Positions 1-10,335 of a stretch of 64,000 bases of DNA are shown piece after piece. How positions within the stretch are numbered: the stretch's first letter is position 1; every line of letters starts with the position of its first letter. Made by a program: the position numbers and the translations under genes. Origin of the DNA: Dehalococcoidia bacterium (GTDB lineage: Bacteria; Chloroflexota; Dehalococcoidia; GIF9; UBA5629); NCBI GenBank assembly GCA_050011565.1, contig JBEKIW010000003.1, positions 192,001-256,000 of the forward strand, given 5' to 3'. The notes beneath the pieces were generated by a model. The model had not been told where the DNA came from. It did not search any database and saw only the letters and a list, made by a program, of their open reading frames with translations.

Positions 1-2
1 GC

Positions 3-1550
3 CTGGCTTCGAGGACGTTCGAGGACGAGCGCGAACTCAGGTCTACAGTTCAGGTCGGCAATCCATTTTTAGAGAAACTGCTTATCGAAGCCTGTCTAGA
101 GCTGGCTCAAACGGATTGGATTGCCGGCATGCAGGATTTAGGCGCTGCCGGTCTAACTAGCTCGGCTGTGGAATCAGCCAGCAGGGGCGGTGGCGGCATT
201 GAAATCGACGTCCTCAAAATACCCCGTCGTGAAAAAGGTATGACCCCTTACGAGGTAATGCTATCCGAATCACAGGAGAGGATGCTGGTGGTGGTGAAGA
301 AAGGCTATGAAGGCAAGGTGAAAGCTTTATTCGACCGGTGGGAACTTCGCTCGGATATAATCGGCTTTGTCACCGGCGATAGCTTAACCAGGATTAAAGA
401 AGGGGTAAAGGTGGTTGCTGAGGTGCCGGTGAATGTGCTGAGCTCATCGCCCGTGTACCGGAAGCGGGTTAAAAAGCCGGAATGGCTGAATAAGCTGCAG
501 TCCTTCGACGTCAGCTCTATTCCTGATTTGCCGCGAAAGAAAGTAAAAACAGCCCTGCTCCGCTTACTGGCATCGCCCAACATTGCCAGCAAACACTGCG
601 TCTATCGACAATACGACCACCAGGTAGGTAACAACACTGTGGTCTTTCCCGGCAGCGATGCGGCAGTGCTGCGGATTAAAGGTACCAAAAAGGCCATCTC
701 ATTAACTACCGATGGCAACGGCCGGTTTTGTTATGTAAACCCATACCTGGGCGGTGTTATTGCGGTGTGTGAAGCGGCTAGAAACCTGGCCTGCAGCGGC
801 GCTCAGCCACTGGCTATTACCGACTGCCTTAACTTCGGCAATCCGGAGAAAGACGACGTTTACTATCAACTGAAGGAATGCATTGCCGGCATGGCTCGCG
901 CTTGCCGTGAGCTCAAAATACCGGTTATCAGCGGCAACGTCAGCCTGTACAACGAGACCAGGGGCGAAGCCGTATATCCAACTCCGGTAGTGGGAATGGT
1001 CGGGCTCATCGAGGATGTAGCCAAACATTGCACTTCCGGATTCAAGAATGAAGGTGACCTGGTGTTTTTGCTCGGCGAAGGCAATACAGTTGACGGCTCC
1101 ATCGGCAGCAGCGAATATCTGGAACTGACGCACGGAATGATAAAAGGCAATCCCCATATTGATTTGGAGATGGAGAAACGTCTACAGCGCTGCTGTCTTC
1201 AAGCAATCAGGCGAGGGTTCATAAACTCAGCCCATGATTGCTCCGAAGGAGGATTGGCGGTAACCCTGGCAGAGAGCTGTCTGGCTAACGGCCTTGGCTT
1301 CATTAGTTCTGAATGGGATATTGAAGGCCGACTGGACGCAGCTCTTTTCGGCGAGGCGCAATCGAGAATCGTGGTCTCAATAGCACCCAAATCGTCCTGG
1401 AAATTGCAGAAACTCGCTGACCATTATCGTATAGCCGCCACCAAGCTTGGCGTTGTAGGCGGCAAACGATTCATTTTGAAGGGCTACACGGATTTATCTC
1501 TTAAAGAGATCGGGGAGGCATGGTGGGGTGGCCTTGAGAAATTGTTATAA
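3..1550 (+). CDS. purL: Phosphoribosylformylglycinamidine synthase subunit PurL (5'-truncated by window edge)
   Basis: Frame is open from position 3 (STVQVGNPFLEKLLIEACLE); motifs QDLGAAG, LSESQERM, DCLNFGNP, SGNVSLYN, SAHDCSEGG. Confidence 0.97.
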   Translation: MASRTFEDERELRSTVQVGNPFLEKLLIEACLELAQTDWIAGMQDLGAAGLTSSAVESASRGGGGIEIDVLKIPRREKGMTPYEVMLSESQERMLVVVKKGYEGKVKALFDRWELRSDIIGFVTGDSLTRIKEGVKVVAEVPVNVLSSSPVYRKRVKKPEWLNKLQSFDVSSIPDLPRKKVKTALLRLLASPNIASKHCVYRQYDHQVGNNTVVFPGSDAAVLRIKGTKKAISLTTDGNGRFCYVNPYLGGVIAVCEAARNLACSGAQPLAITDCLNFGNPEKDDVYYQLKECIAGMARACRELKIPVISGNVSLYNETRGEAVYPTPVVGMVGLIEDVAKHCTSGFKNEGDLVFLLGEGNTVDGSIGSSEYLELTHGMIKGNPHIDLEMEKRLQRCCLQAIRRGFINSAHDCSEGGLAVTLAESCLANGLGFISSEWDIEGRLDAALFGEAQSRIVVSIAPKSSWKLQKLADHYRIAATKLGVVGGKRFILKGYTDLSLKEIGEAWWGGLEKLL

Positions 1551-1569
1551 ATATGAACGGAGGAAATAC

Positions 1570-2853
1570 TTGGCCGAGATTAGTGCTTTCTTAGGTGTTC
1601 GTTACAACCAGGAACTTGTCAAAGATATGGCAGCAGTCATCTGCCCGCCGTACGATGTCATCTCTACAGAAGAACAGAAAGCCTACTATGAGAAAAGCGA
1701 TTACAATGTCATTCGCCTTGAGCACGGTATGGTGCTGCCCAACGATACTAAGACAGACAACAAGCATACGCGAGCCTGCACTACCTTCAATCAATGGCTC
1801 AAAGACCGTGTGCTGCTGACTGACCACGTTGCCTCATTCTACATCCACGAACACTGTTTTACCTATCAAAATATCAGAAAAAGGCGCCTCGGCTTAACGG
1901 CCTGTGTCAGACTCGAGCCCTGGGAGAAAAAGACCATATTTCCCCACGAAAATACGGTACCGGGGATTAAAAGCGACCGCCTGGAACTGATGCGAGCCTG
2001 TCCTGTCAACTTCAGTCCGCTACTCGGCCTCTACGAAGACATGGGCCAGAAAGTTACCAAGCTCCTGACGATACAGGCCAGTCGTAAGCCGGCGATTGAC
2101 TTTGCCGAAGCCGGGGAAACGCACAAACTCTGGGTAGCTAACGAACCTGAATTCGTCCAGAGAGTAAGTCATTTCCTGGCTTCGAAGCCCATTTATATCG
2201 CCGATGGCCATCACCGCTATGAAACAGCACTGGCTTATCGGGATGAAAGACGGCAAGAAACCAGGCACATTAAAGGTAACGAAGCCTTTAACTTTGTCAT
2301 GATAACATTAGTCTCCTTCTCTGACCCCGGTCTTGTAGTGCTGCCCGTGCACCGATTGATACGCAATTTATCCACCGATGCCCTGGATAAATTCAGAAGC
2401 GTCATGGAAACTTACTTCGAGCTGATATCCGCTCCGTTGGGTGAAGGTGGCTTACCCGAGATAGCAGGAGCCACTACCAGGGTTATGGGGCTGGAGCCGG
2501 GCAAAATAGTAGCTCTGAAACTCCGGCAGCCCTTAGCGTTAAAAGAAATAATGCCGGAAGGTCATTCCGAAGCCTACAAGAGACTGGACATTAGTATTGT
2601 CCAGCACCTTGTCATAGACAGGCTGAAGGCGCTCGATAAAAGCTGCAGCATCGCCTATACACCAAATGCGATAGAAGCTCGCCGACTTATAGAACGCGGT
2701 GAATATCAACTGGCTTTTCTACTGAATTCGATACCCGTGTCGACGATTAAAACGATCGCTAATTCAAACGATAGAATGCCCGGGAAGTCAACCTATTTCT
2801 ATCCCAAATTGCCCACCGGTCTGGTCATCAACCGCCTTGAGGGAACACTGTAA
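1570..2853 (+). CDS. DUF1015 family protein, commonly linked to serine biosynthesis genes
   Basis: PPYDVI, FPHENT and IADGHHRYETA motifs, C-terminal MPGKSTYFYPKLPTGL; TTG start after GGAGG. Confidence 0.9.
   Translation: MAEISAFLGVRYNQELVKDMAAVICPPYDVISTEEQKAYYEKSDYNVIRLEHGMVLPNDTKTDNKHTRACTTFNQWLKDRVLLTDHVASFYIHEHCFTYQNIRKRRLGLTACVRLEPWEKKTIFPHENTVPGIKSDRLELMRACPVNFSPLLGLYEDMGQKVTKLLTIQASRKPAIDFAEAGETHKLWVANEPEFVQRVSHFLASKPIYIADGHHRYETALAYRDERRQETRHIKGNEAFNFVMITLVSFSDPGLVVLPVHRLIRNLSTDALDKFRSVMETYFELISAPLGEGGLPEIAGATTRVMGLEPGKIVALKLRQPLALKEIMPEGHSEAYKRLDISIVQHLVIDRLKALDKSCSIAYTPNAIEARRLIERGEYQLAFLLNSIPVSTIKTIANSNDRMPGKSTYFYPKLPTGLVINRLEGTL
2821..2853 (+). repeat. Direct repeat copy 1 (3' end of the DUF1015 gene)
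   Basis: ctggtcatcaaccgccttgagggaacactgtaa; 30/33 identical to 3499-3531. Confidence 0.9.
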
Positions 2854-3012
2854 GTCAAGCTGGATGCCTTTCAGAGATTCTGTGCCAGCTCATTAAGCAT
2901 AAGCCTGTACAAAATGGACTTTTGTACAAGTCGACAAAATGCCCTTTTTAAAAGGCACACCTAGTAATTATAATGTTTATAGGAGCAATACTATATATTG
3001 GGTGATCTGAGT

Positions 3013-3378
3013 CTACTGGACCGAGCCTTGGATTGCATCGGCTAGCTCTTGAAGAGCTCGCTTGTACTTATCAATAAACCCCGATTTGAAGGCATACTTA
3101 TGTGTCTCTCTAATAAGTAACCTCACCTCTGTCTGCGATTCATTTATTCGTTCGAGATGAATTTCCGCTTTCTTCGGTAGGGTTTCCCTGGATACCCAAA
3201 ACTCTCCTAGAAATCTCGATTTAAGAAGTGAGCCAAAATTGTATTCTATGTAAACTCCACCGGATTTCATATCTCTTCTTCCCTTGAGGAATTCTAGCGT
3301 TTTTGCGAGAGCTGACCTAGCTTCGTCAAGGCTCATATTAACTCTCCATCTTCTCTCAACTGGCTCTATTCCACTCAC
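3013..3378 (-). CDS. Hypothetical protein on a small AT-rich insert
   Basis: 121-aa ORF, GTG start preceded by a G-rich RBS, lies between the direct repeats. Confidence 0.7.
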   Translation of the reverse strand: MSGIEPVERRWRVNMSLDEARSALAKTLEFLKGRRDMKSGGVYIEYNFGSLLKSRFLGEFWVSRETLPKKAEIHLERINESQTEVRLLIRETHKYAFKSGFIDKYKRALQELADAIQGSVQ

Positions 3379-3498
3379 TTACATCCCCCCTTTCAAGTTA
3401 AGCTTATATGGTTCAAGTCCTAGAGCAATAACATCAGAGACAGTAACACTACTTTCGAATAAGATTGAACACAAAACGCCCTATTGTGTGATGGCAAC

Positions 3499-3531
3499 CT
3501 GGTGATTAACCGCCTTGAGGGAACACTGTGA
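3499..3531 (+). repeat. Direct repeat copy 2 (displaced DUF1015 3' end)
   Basis: ctggtgattaaccgccttgagggaacactgtga, encodes the same LVINRLEGTL-stop. Confidence 0.9.
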
Positions 3532-3546
3532 CTGGGCTGTGCCTTA

Positions 3547-5208
3547 TCACAAGGCATTTACTTTACCGGTACTGTATGAGGCGTAGTTGTCCCGCCCCTG
3601 TTCTTTAACCCAGTACATCGCGATGTCGGCATTCCTCAGCAGCGTGTCCGAATCTTCGCCATCCTCGGGGTAAATAGCAATGCCGACGCTGTTAGTAATA
3701 CGAACTTTAAAACTATTAATCATAAAGGGCTTTCGAAAGGCTTCCAGGATCTTTCGGGCAACCCTTACGGAATCTTCAACCCTGGCGATTTTTGGCAGCA
3801 AAACTAAAAACTCATCCCCGCCGACGCGAGCCACCGTATCGCTCTTACGCACCAGAGCCACCAGCTGCTCTCCAGCAGCCCTTAATACCTTATCGCCCAA
3901 ACTGTGGCCAAAAGTGTCGTTAACTACTTTAAACCGGTCTAAGTCCAGCATCATTACGGCCAACTTAGTTCTATTGCGTCTCGCCCCAGCCAGCGCCACA
4001 TTTAGTCGGTCCTGTAGCAGCATCCTGTTAGGTAATCCGGTTAAGAAATCATGGGTAGCTATATCATTAAGTTCCCGCTCCAGCCGCATACGTTCGGTAA
4101 CATCACGGGCGATGCCGCGAAAAGCGATAACTTTTCCGGCCTCGTCCTTTATGGCAGAAACCGACAATTCATTAAATCCCACGGTGCCATTTCTATCTAC
4201 AAACTTATAGGATAGACCTTTCATGGTTTCACCCGTGCGAAAAACCCGGTTGAAATCTCGGTACACAACCTCAGCATCTTCTTTCGCCGTAAAAACTTGA
4301 TAGTTCATGCCCATGAGTTCTTCTTTAGAATAACCCATGGTCCGGCACATGGCATCATTGACAAAGATGAAATTACCAGCCAGGTCTGTTTCAAAGTAAT
4401 TATCCTGAATTTCCTCGAGGATAGTCCGGTATCTCTGCTCAGATTCTTTTACAGCCTCCTCAAGCTTTTTACGCTCAGTAATATCGAAGACAATGGCCAT
4501 ACCTGCAGTCAAGGTATTTTTATGAAAAATGGGTGACACGGAAGGGTATATCCAGACAGTATGCCCGTCTTTGTGGATTGCCCTGAACTCCAATTGATAC
4601 TCTACCCCAGGATGCCCAAGACCTTCTGCGAATCTCTCCAGCACGCTTGCTTTGTCATCAGGATGAAGAAAGTCAGTAAAAGGTTTTCCCGTCAGTTCCT
4701 CCTGGGAGTAGCCAAGTATCTTACAAAATGACTCGTTCACAAAGGTTATGTTTCCGTTCAAGTCTCCCGTGAGAACGCCTGCCCCGCCAGTCTCAACAAT
4801 GCTTTGATATCTGGCTTGGCTCTCCGCCAATGCCTCTTCTGCCTGCTTGAGTTCGGTTACATCCAGGAAACTTCCCACTGTGGCCCGTTTTCCCTTGTAT
4901 TCTGTTGAGGTGACTTTTTCCAGGACCCATATTATTTCGCCATTCTTCTTAACGAACCGGTACTCGTAAGGTAAAGAGCTGCCAACCTTCAGGCTGTCTA
5001 TTGCCTTTTTTCTGACTGTTTCTCTGTCTTCAGGATGGACGAGGTCGAGAGAATATTTGCCCAATAACTCCGGCTCCGAATAGCCTGTCAGTTCCAGAAA
5101 CAGGGGATTAACATACCTAAATTTTCCATTCTGAACAATGTAAACTCCTGTCCCGGCGCAGCGCAGTAACGCTTGAGCCAGTTCCGCCGACTCATCGAAT
5201 TTAGCCAT
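3547..5208 (-). CDS. PAS(x3)-GGDEF diguanylate cyclase
   Basis: Three PAS/PAC repeats, HDFLTGLPNR, RKSD I-site and GGDEF motif. Confidence 0.95.
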   Translation of the reverse strand: MAKFDESAELAQALLRCAGTGVYIVQNGKFRYVNPLFLELTGYSEPELLGKYSLDLVHPEDRETVRKKAIDSLKVGSSLPYEYRFVKKNGEIIWVLEKVTSTEYKGKRATVGSFLDVTELKQAEEALAESQARYQSIVETGGAGVLTGDLNGNITFVNESFCKILGYSQEELTGKPFTDFLHPDDKASVLERFAEGLGHPGVEYQLEFRAIHKDGHTVWIYPSVSPIFHKNTLTAGMAIVFDITERKKLEEAVKESEQRYRTILEEIQDNYFETDLAGNFIFVNDAMCRTMGYSKEELMGMNYQVFTAKEDAEVVYRDFNRVFRTGETMKGLSYKFVDRNGTVGFNELSVSAIKDEAGKVIAFRGIARDVTERMRLERELNDIATHDFLTGLPNRMLLQDRLNVALAGARRNRTKLAVMMLDLDRFKVVNDTFGHSLGDKVLRAAGEQLVALVRKSDTVARVGGDEFLVLLPKIARVEDSVRVARKILEAFRKPFMINSFKVRITNSVGIAIYPEDGEDSDTLLRNADIAMYWVKEQGRDNYASYSTGKVNAL

Positions 5209-5429
5209 AATTGCTTTTTATCCTTAGGATTACGACAACAAATCTTTTCTTCAACGTGCCGCTAAATCAGCCTGACTTTACATATAATTTCCTAAGGCTT
5301 CGATAAATAGATACATAATTATATATATTCGTATGGAAAAAGGATAGACCGATAAATCAAGACCCCTAAGGTCTTTACGCGGTTATTCACCACAAAAAAA
5401 CCCTTAACCAAAACAGTTGTGACCTGCGT

Positions 5430-7004
5430 CTAAATCTTGACCACTTTGGCGGTATGAACATCCTCAAGGTCGAGGATTTTCTGTATCTGTTTATCAGGCA
5501 GCGGCTCATCCAGGGCCAAAATCATAAGCGCCTGCCCTCTGAGTTTAAGACGGGCAAGCTGCATGGAACTGATATTGATATCCGCCTTGCCAGTGATAGA
5601 ACCCACGGCACCGATAAGCCCGGGCCGGTCACGATGGTCACTGAACAGAAAATAACCTCCGGTGGGAACGATATCCAGCCAGAAATCGTTCACGCGGACT
5701 ATATGAGTTTCTCCACGTAAAACAGTACCAGCGACTGTGGTCATGCCGGCATCAGTTACAGCTTCCAAGGTAATCATACTGGCGTAGTTCTCACATGTGG
5801 CCTCTTTCTGTTCCATAATCTTTATGCCCCGCTGAGCAGCAATGACTGCGGCATTTATTAAATTTATTCTTTCCTCGCTTATACCTTCCAGTAAACCTCC
5901 GATAACCGATGCCTTTATCGCCGCAGTGTCATAGCCGGCAATCTCACCGTTGTATTTGATACGGAGGCTATTTATTTGTCCTTCCATCAACTGACGGGCT
6001 AAACTGCCAAGCGTTGATGCCACCTGCATAAAGGGAGCTAAAACAGACAACAACTCAGCTGGAATCTGCGGGGCATTCACAGCGTACTTGGCGGGCTGAC
6101 CTTTTAATACAGCAATTACCTGCTCGGCGACCTCGAGAGCAACGCTAGCCTGCGCTTCCTTAGTAGAGGCTCCCAGATGTGGAGTAACGATAATCTTGTC
6201 ATTCTGGAAAAGTACGCTATCGGTCACCGGCTCTTTAACAAAGACGTCAACAGCAGCGCCAGCCACTTTTCCTGCCTCCACGGCTTTGAGCAGAGCTTCT
6301 TCATCGATAAGTCCGCCGCGGGCACAGTTGATGATACGCACCGTTGGTTTCATCTTGCTCAGTTCTTTGGCGCCAATCAACATCTTGGTTTGGGAAGTCA
6401 AAGGCAGATGAAGAGTAATGAAGTCAGATTCCTTGAGCAATTGCTCCAAGGTGACCAGTTCCACAGCCAGGTTACGGGCATAATCACTGGTGACAAAAGG
6501 GTCATAGCCGATAAGCCGCATATTAAAAGCCTGAGCCCGCCTGGCAACCTCGGAACCCACATTGCCCAGGCCGATGATACCTAAAGTTTTGCCTCTGAGT
6601 TCAACGCCCATATAGTCGCTGCGTTGCCAGAGACCTGATTTGAGCTTGGCATTAGCCTGAGCGATATGCCGGGCCAGAGCCAACATCATGGCCACCGTAT
6701 GTTCGGCAGCAGCGATGGTATTGCCGGTGGGCGCGTTGACCACCACCACACCCTGCCGGGTAGCTGCCTCGACATCAATATTGTCCAGACCGACACCAGC
6801 CCGCGCGATAACCTGAAGTTTTGTGCCGGCCTGAATAATATCGGCAGTAGCCTTGGTCTCACTGCGAACCACCAGGGCTTCATAATCGCCTATAACTTTC
6901 TTAAGCTCGTCAGGCTTAAGGCCGAGTTTGACATCAACCTGAGCCTGAGCTTTCAAAGCTTCTATGCCTTCTTTAGCTACCGGGTCGGCAACAAGTATTT
7001 TCAT
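5430..7004 (-). CDS. serA: D-3-phosphoglycerate dehydrogenase
   Basis: RAGVGLDNID, GIIGLGNVG, INCARGG, TPHLGAST; C-terminal ASB and ACT domains. Confidence 0.97.
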   Translation of the reverse strand: MKILVADPVAKEGIEALKAQAQVDVKLGLKPDELKKVIGDYEALVVRSETKATADIIQAGTKLQVIARAGVGLDNIDVEAATRQGVVVVNAPTGNTIAAAEHTVAMMLALARHIAQANAKLKSGLWQRSDYMGVELRGKTLGIIGLGNVGSEVARRAQAFNMRLIGYDPFVTSDYARNLAVELVTLEQLLKESDFITLHLPLTSQTKMLIGAKELSKMKPTVRIINCARGGLIDEEALLKAVEAGKVAGAAVDVFVKEPVTDSVLFQNDKIIVTPHLGASTKEAQASVALEVAEQVIAVLKGQPAKYAVNAPQIPAELLSVLAPFMQVASTLGSLARQLMEGQINSLRIKYNGEIAGYDTAAIKASVIGGLLEGISEERINLINAAVIAAQRGIKIMEQKEATCENYASMITLEAVTDAGMTTVAGTVLRGETHIVRVNDFWLDIVPTGGYFLFSDHRDRPGLIGAVGSITGKADINISSMQLARLKLRGQALMILALDEPLPDKQIQKILDLEDVHTAKVVKI

Positions 7005-7051
7005 AGCGTACTTCCTCGGACAGACCTAAAGGCATGCCCTAAATTTTTGAG

Positions 7052-8134
7052 TTACACGCTTGCCTTTGGCAAAGCTTTACCTATAGCACCCAGGGTTTCT
7101 TTGATGTCCGCTTCAGTAACCCAGCCCAGGTGTCCGATGCGGAAAATCTTCCCTGTCAGGTCGCCCTGACCCCCGGATACTACCACCTTATATTCGTCTC
7201 TAAGTATTTGTTGCAGCTTAGATACATTTATCTTATCCGAAGCATTAACTGCCGTTACAGTATTAGAGGCGTACTTCTCGTCGGCAGGAAACAGGGACAA
7301 CCCCAGAGATTTCACTCCCTTTCGGGTCATATCGCCCAGTTTAGCATGCCGAGCAAAGATATTGGTTAATCCTTCTTTCAGCATCATGTCCAGCGAAACA
7401 TCCAGGGCAAAGAAGACCGAAATACAAGGTGTCCACGGTGTCTGTGCCTTCTCCAGGTAGCTCTTGGCTTTGGTGAAATCCCAATAATAACGAGGTATCT
7501 TGGCTTGAGCATGGGCCTTCCAGGCCTTTTCGCTCACGCTAACCATAGCCAGGCCGGGCGGCACCATCCAGCCTTTTTGAGAGCCGGTAACTACAACATC
7601 GCACTTCCAGGCATCGGTTTTCAGGTCGATGCAGCCAAGGCCGCTTATGGCATCGACCAGAATAAGCTTGTCAAACTCATTGATAACAGCGCTGATTGCC
7701 TGCAAATCGCTGGTCACGCCTGTGGAAGTTTCATTCTGAGTCACCAGGACTGCCTTTATTTTGGAGTCGGCCTTTAAAGCCTTACGCACAGCATCCGGGT
7801 CAACCGGCTTACCCCAATCAAACTTGAGCCGTGTTACCTCAGCGCCGTAGCACTCAGCGATATCGGCAAAGCGGTTTCCGAAGACACCGTTGGCAGCTGA
7901 TAACACCTTGTCACCGGGCGACAGCATATTAACTACAGCAGCTTCCATGCTTCCGGTACCCGAACCGGTCAGGATGTAAAGGTCGTTTTTGGTTTGAAAC
8001 AGTTCCTTCAGTTTTACTGTAATACGGTTGATCATCTCACCGAACTCTTTGCCGCGGTGATTGATCATCTGTCTGCTCATGGCTTTCAAAATCTCGGGCG
8101 GACAAGGGGTGGGGCCTGGTATTCGCAATTGCAT
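7052..8134 (-). CDS. Class V PLP aminotransferase (serine/alanine-glyoxylate type; probable phosphoserine aminotransferase role)
   Basis: IPGPT, NETSTG, VDAISG, GSQKG lysine motif, FRIGHLG; directly upstream of serA. Confidence 0.92.
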   Translation of the reverse strand: MQLRIPGPTPCPPEILKAMSRQMINHRGKEFGEMINRITVKLKELFQTKNDLYILTGSGTGSMEAAVVNMLSPGDKVLSAANGVFGNRFADIAECYGAEVTRLKFDWGKPVDPDAVRKALKADSKIKAVLVTQNETSTGVTSDLQAISAVINEFDKLILVDAISGLGCIDLKTDAWKCDVVVTGSQKGWMVPPGLAMVSVSEKAWKAHAQAKIPRYYWDFTKAKSYLEKAQTPWTPCISVFFALDVSLDMMLKEGLTNIFARHAKLGDMTRKGVKSLGLSLFPADEKYASNTVTAVNASDKINVSKLQQILRDEYKVVVSGGQGDLTGKIFRIGHLGWVTEADIKETLGAIGKALPKASV

Positions 8135-8153
8135 GTCATACCTCCATTTTATT

Positions 8154-9365
8154 CTAATTATTGCCGGCAATCTGGGCGAAGCGCCGCTTGCCCACTTTTA
8201 TTATGCTACCCTTTTTGATTTGTGTTATTTCTAAATCTTCGGTAACCGTTTTTCCGTCAATCTCTATAGCGCCCTGAGCCAGCAGTCTCCTCGCTTCGGA
8301 ACGACTTTTAGTCAGGCCGGCTTCGGTTAATTCAGCCGTCAACGTGCTTTTGTTCCCAGCGGAAGTTTTTAAGGGCACTAACTCCTCCGGCATTTCCCCC
8401 CTTTGAAATACCTTGGTAAAATGCTCTTCCGCTTCACTTGCAGCCGGAGCACCGTGAAATTGAGTAACAATCTCCTGCGCTAATCTTTTTTTGATGACCA
8501 TCGGGTTAATCGACTGATTAGCCATTTGCTCCTTGAAATCGGCAATCTCCTTATCGGGCACGTCGGTCACTAACTCAAGATAATCGATAATCAGGCTATC
8601 AGGGATTGACATGACCTTACCGTAAATTTCGTTTGGTGGCTCGTCGATGCCTATATAATTACCCAAACTCTTGCTCATTTTCTGGCTGCCGTCAGTGCCG
8701 ATAAGCAGAGGCACCAGAAAAACCTGCTGAGGTCGCTGCCCCCTCATTTGCTGCAGTTCCCTGCCGACAAGGCAATTAAATTTCTGGTCGGTGCCGCCGA
8801 ATTCAACGTCGGCCTCAATGGCTACCGAATCGTAGGCCTGCAGTAATGGATACAACAGCTCCGTGATAGCTATAGGACGCCCCGTGCTATACCGCTTGGC
8901 GAAGTCTTCCCTGGCCAGGAATTGGGCCACGGTAAATTTGCTGGTGAGCTTTATCACGTCCTCGAGGCCAAATTTACCGAACCATTCGCTTTGCCATCTC
9001 ACTTCGGTCTTATCCTTATCAACCACCTTGAAGAATTGGTCCATATAAGTCTGAGCATTAGCCTGCACTTCTTCCGCGGATAACATGGAGCGGGTGGCCG
9101 ATACACCGCTGGGGTCTCCAATCTGTGCCGTCCAGTCACCGACGATAAGTACAACGCGATGACCTAGCTTTTGAAACTGACTCAATTTTCTTAAGCCAAC
9201 CACATGTCCCAGATGTATATCCGGGCAACTGGGGTCGAAACCCTGTTTCAATCTGAGTGGTTTGCCCGATTCCAGTAACTTCAACAGCTCAGATTCAACG
9301 ATAACCTCGGCCACACCTCGCTTTAACAGCCATTTTAGGTCGTGAGCAGTCATGTTCTTAATCAA
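8154..9365 (-). CDS. tyrS: Tyrosine--tRNA ligase
   Basis: HLGH and KMSKS motifs, YPLLQAYD, GGTDQKFN, C-terminal S4 domain. Confidence 0.97.
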   Translation of the reverse strand: MIKNMTAHDLKWLLKRGVAEVIVESELLKLLESGKPLRLKQGFDPSCPDIHLGHVVGLRKLSQFQKLGHRVVLIVGDWTAQIGDPSGVSATRSMLSAEEVQANAQTYMDQFFKVVDKDKTEVRWQSEWFGKFGLEDVIKLTSKFTVAQFLAREDFAKRYSTGRPIAITELLYPLLQAYDSVAIEADVEFGGTDQKFNCLVGRELQQMRGQRPQQVFLVPLLIGTDGSQKMSKSLGNYIGIDEPPNEIYGKVMSIPDSLIIDYLELVTDVPDKEIADFKEQMANQSINPMVIKKRLAQEIVTQFHGAPAASEAEEHFTKVFQRGEMPEELVPLKTSAGNKSTLTAELTEAGLTKSRSEARRLLAQGAIEIDGKTVTEDLEITQIKKGSIIKVGKRRFAQIAGNN

Positions 9366-10303
9366 ACCCTCTCCTGTTTCACCTGTTCGTTTAAAATTTG
9401 TCTTGCCTGCTCCACGTCTCTTATCATCTGAGCCTTCAGTTCTTCAACGGTATCGAAACGTTCCTCGTCTCTTAGCTTATCCACCAGTTCAATTGTGAGC
9501 TTCTGCCCGAGCAAATCACCTTCGAAGTCCAATATGTGGGTTTCCACCAGGCGTTTACTGCCACCAAAGGTGGGACGAACGCCAATATTAGTTACCGAAG
9601 GCAGAGAGTCGTCGTCGGTGTGAGTGATAGTAGCATAAACTCCATCGCCGGGCAATGCCTGTTCCGGCTTCAAATCCAGGTTGGCCGTAGGAAATCCGAG
9701 ATTTCTGCCACGCCTGTCGCCGCTGACCACCTGCCCGCTAAGGCTGAAGAGCCGCCCGATTAACTTCTCCACCTTCTTCATATCTCCCTCGACCAAAGCC
9801 TGACGGATGGTACTGCTGCTTACCACATAGCCATCGATTACTACCGTCGGTATGACTTCAACACTAAAGCCCATTTCCTCCCCCAAAATCCGGAGCTTTT
9901 CATAATCCCCTTCCCTGTTTCTGCCCAGGGCAAAATCAGGACCTATTATCAAGCCGCGCATTTTCAGGTGCTGTTTAAGTAGTTGAACAAATCTCCGAGC
10001 CGTGAGCCGGGACAGTTCAGAACTGAAAGGCAGCGCCACAACGATATCTATGCCTAAATTTCGGAGTAGGCTAATTCTCGTCTCCAAATCATTTAACCAG
10101 AGTAGTTTGTTTTCCCCGGCCAGCACCACCTCCGGATGAGATTTAAAGGTGACCACACCGCTTAGCCAGTTCTTACTCCGAGCTTCATCCCGTAAATGAG
10201 TCAGCAGCTGTTGATGTCCAAGATGAACGCCGTCGAAAACACCGATGCTAAGCAACATCTCCTGTTGTGGTTTTACTCTGGCTAACTCTTTTTCAACCTG
10301 CAC
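9362..10303 (-). CDS. ribF: Bifunctional riboflavin kinase/FAD synthetase
   Basis: GVFDGVHLGH, SSSTIR, GFPTAN, NIGVRPTF. Confidence 0.96.
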   Translation of the reverse strand: MQVEKELARVKPQQEMLLSIGVFDGVHLGHQQLLTHLRDEARSKNWLSGVVTFKSHPEVVLAGENKLLWLNDLETRISLLRNLGIDIVVALPFSSELSRLTARRFVQLLKQHLKMRGLIIGPDFALGRNREGDYEKLRILGEEMGFSVEVIPTVVIDGYVVSSSTIRQALVEGDMKKVEKLIGRLFSLSGQVVSGDRRGRNLGFPTANLDLKPEQALPGDGVYATITHTDDDSLPSVTNIGVRPTFGGSKRLVETHILDFEGDLLGQKLTIELVDKLRDEERFDTVEELKAQMIRDVEQARQILNEQVKQERV

Positions 10304-10335
10304 TACTGACTCTCCAATCGGCGTCGTATTACGGG

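Noticed and set aside
5209-5429. Possible c-di-GMP riboswitch upstream of the diguanylate cyclase
   Set aside because: No GEMM consensus elements were recognisable by eye; an Rfam scan would be needed.
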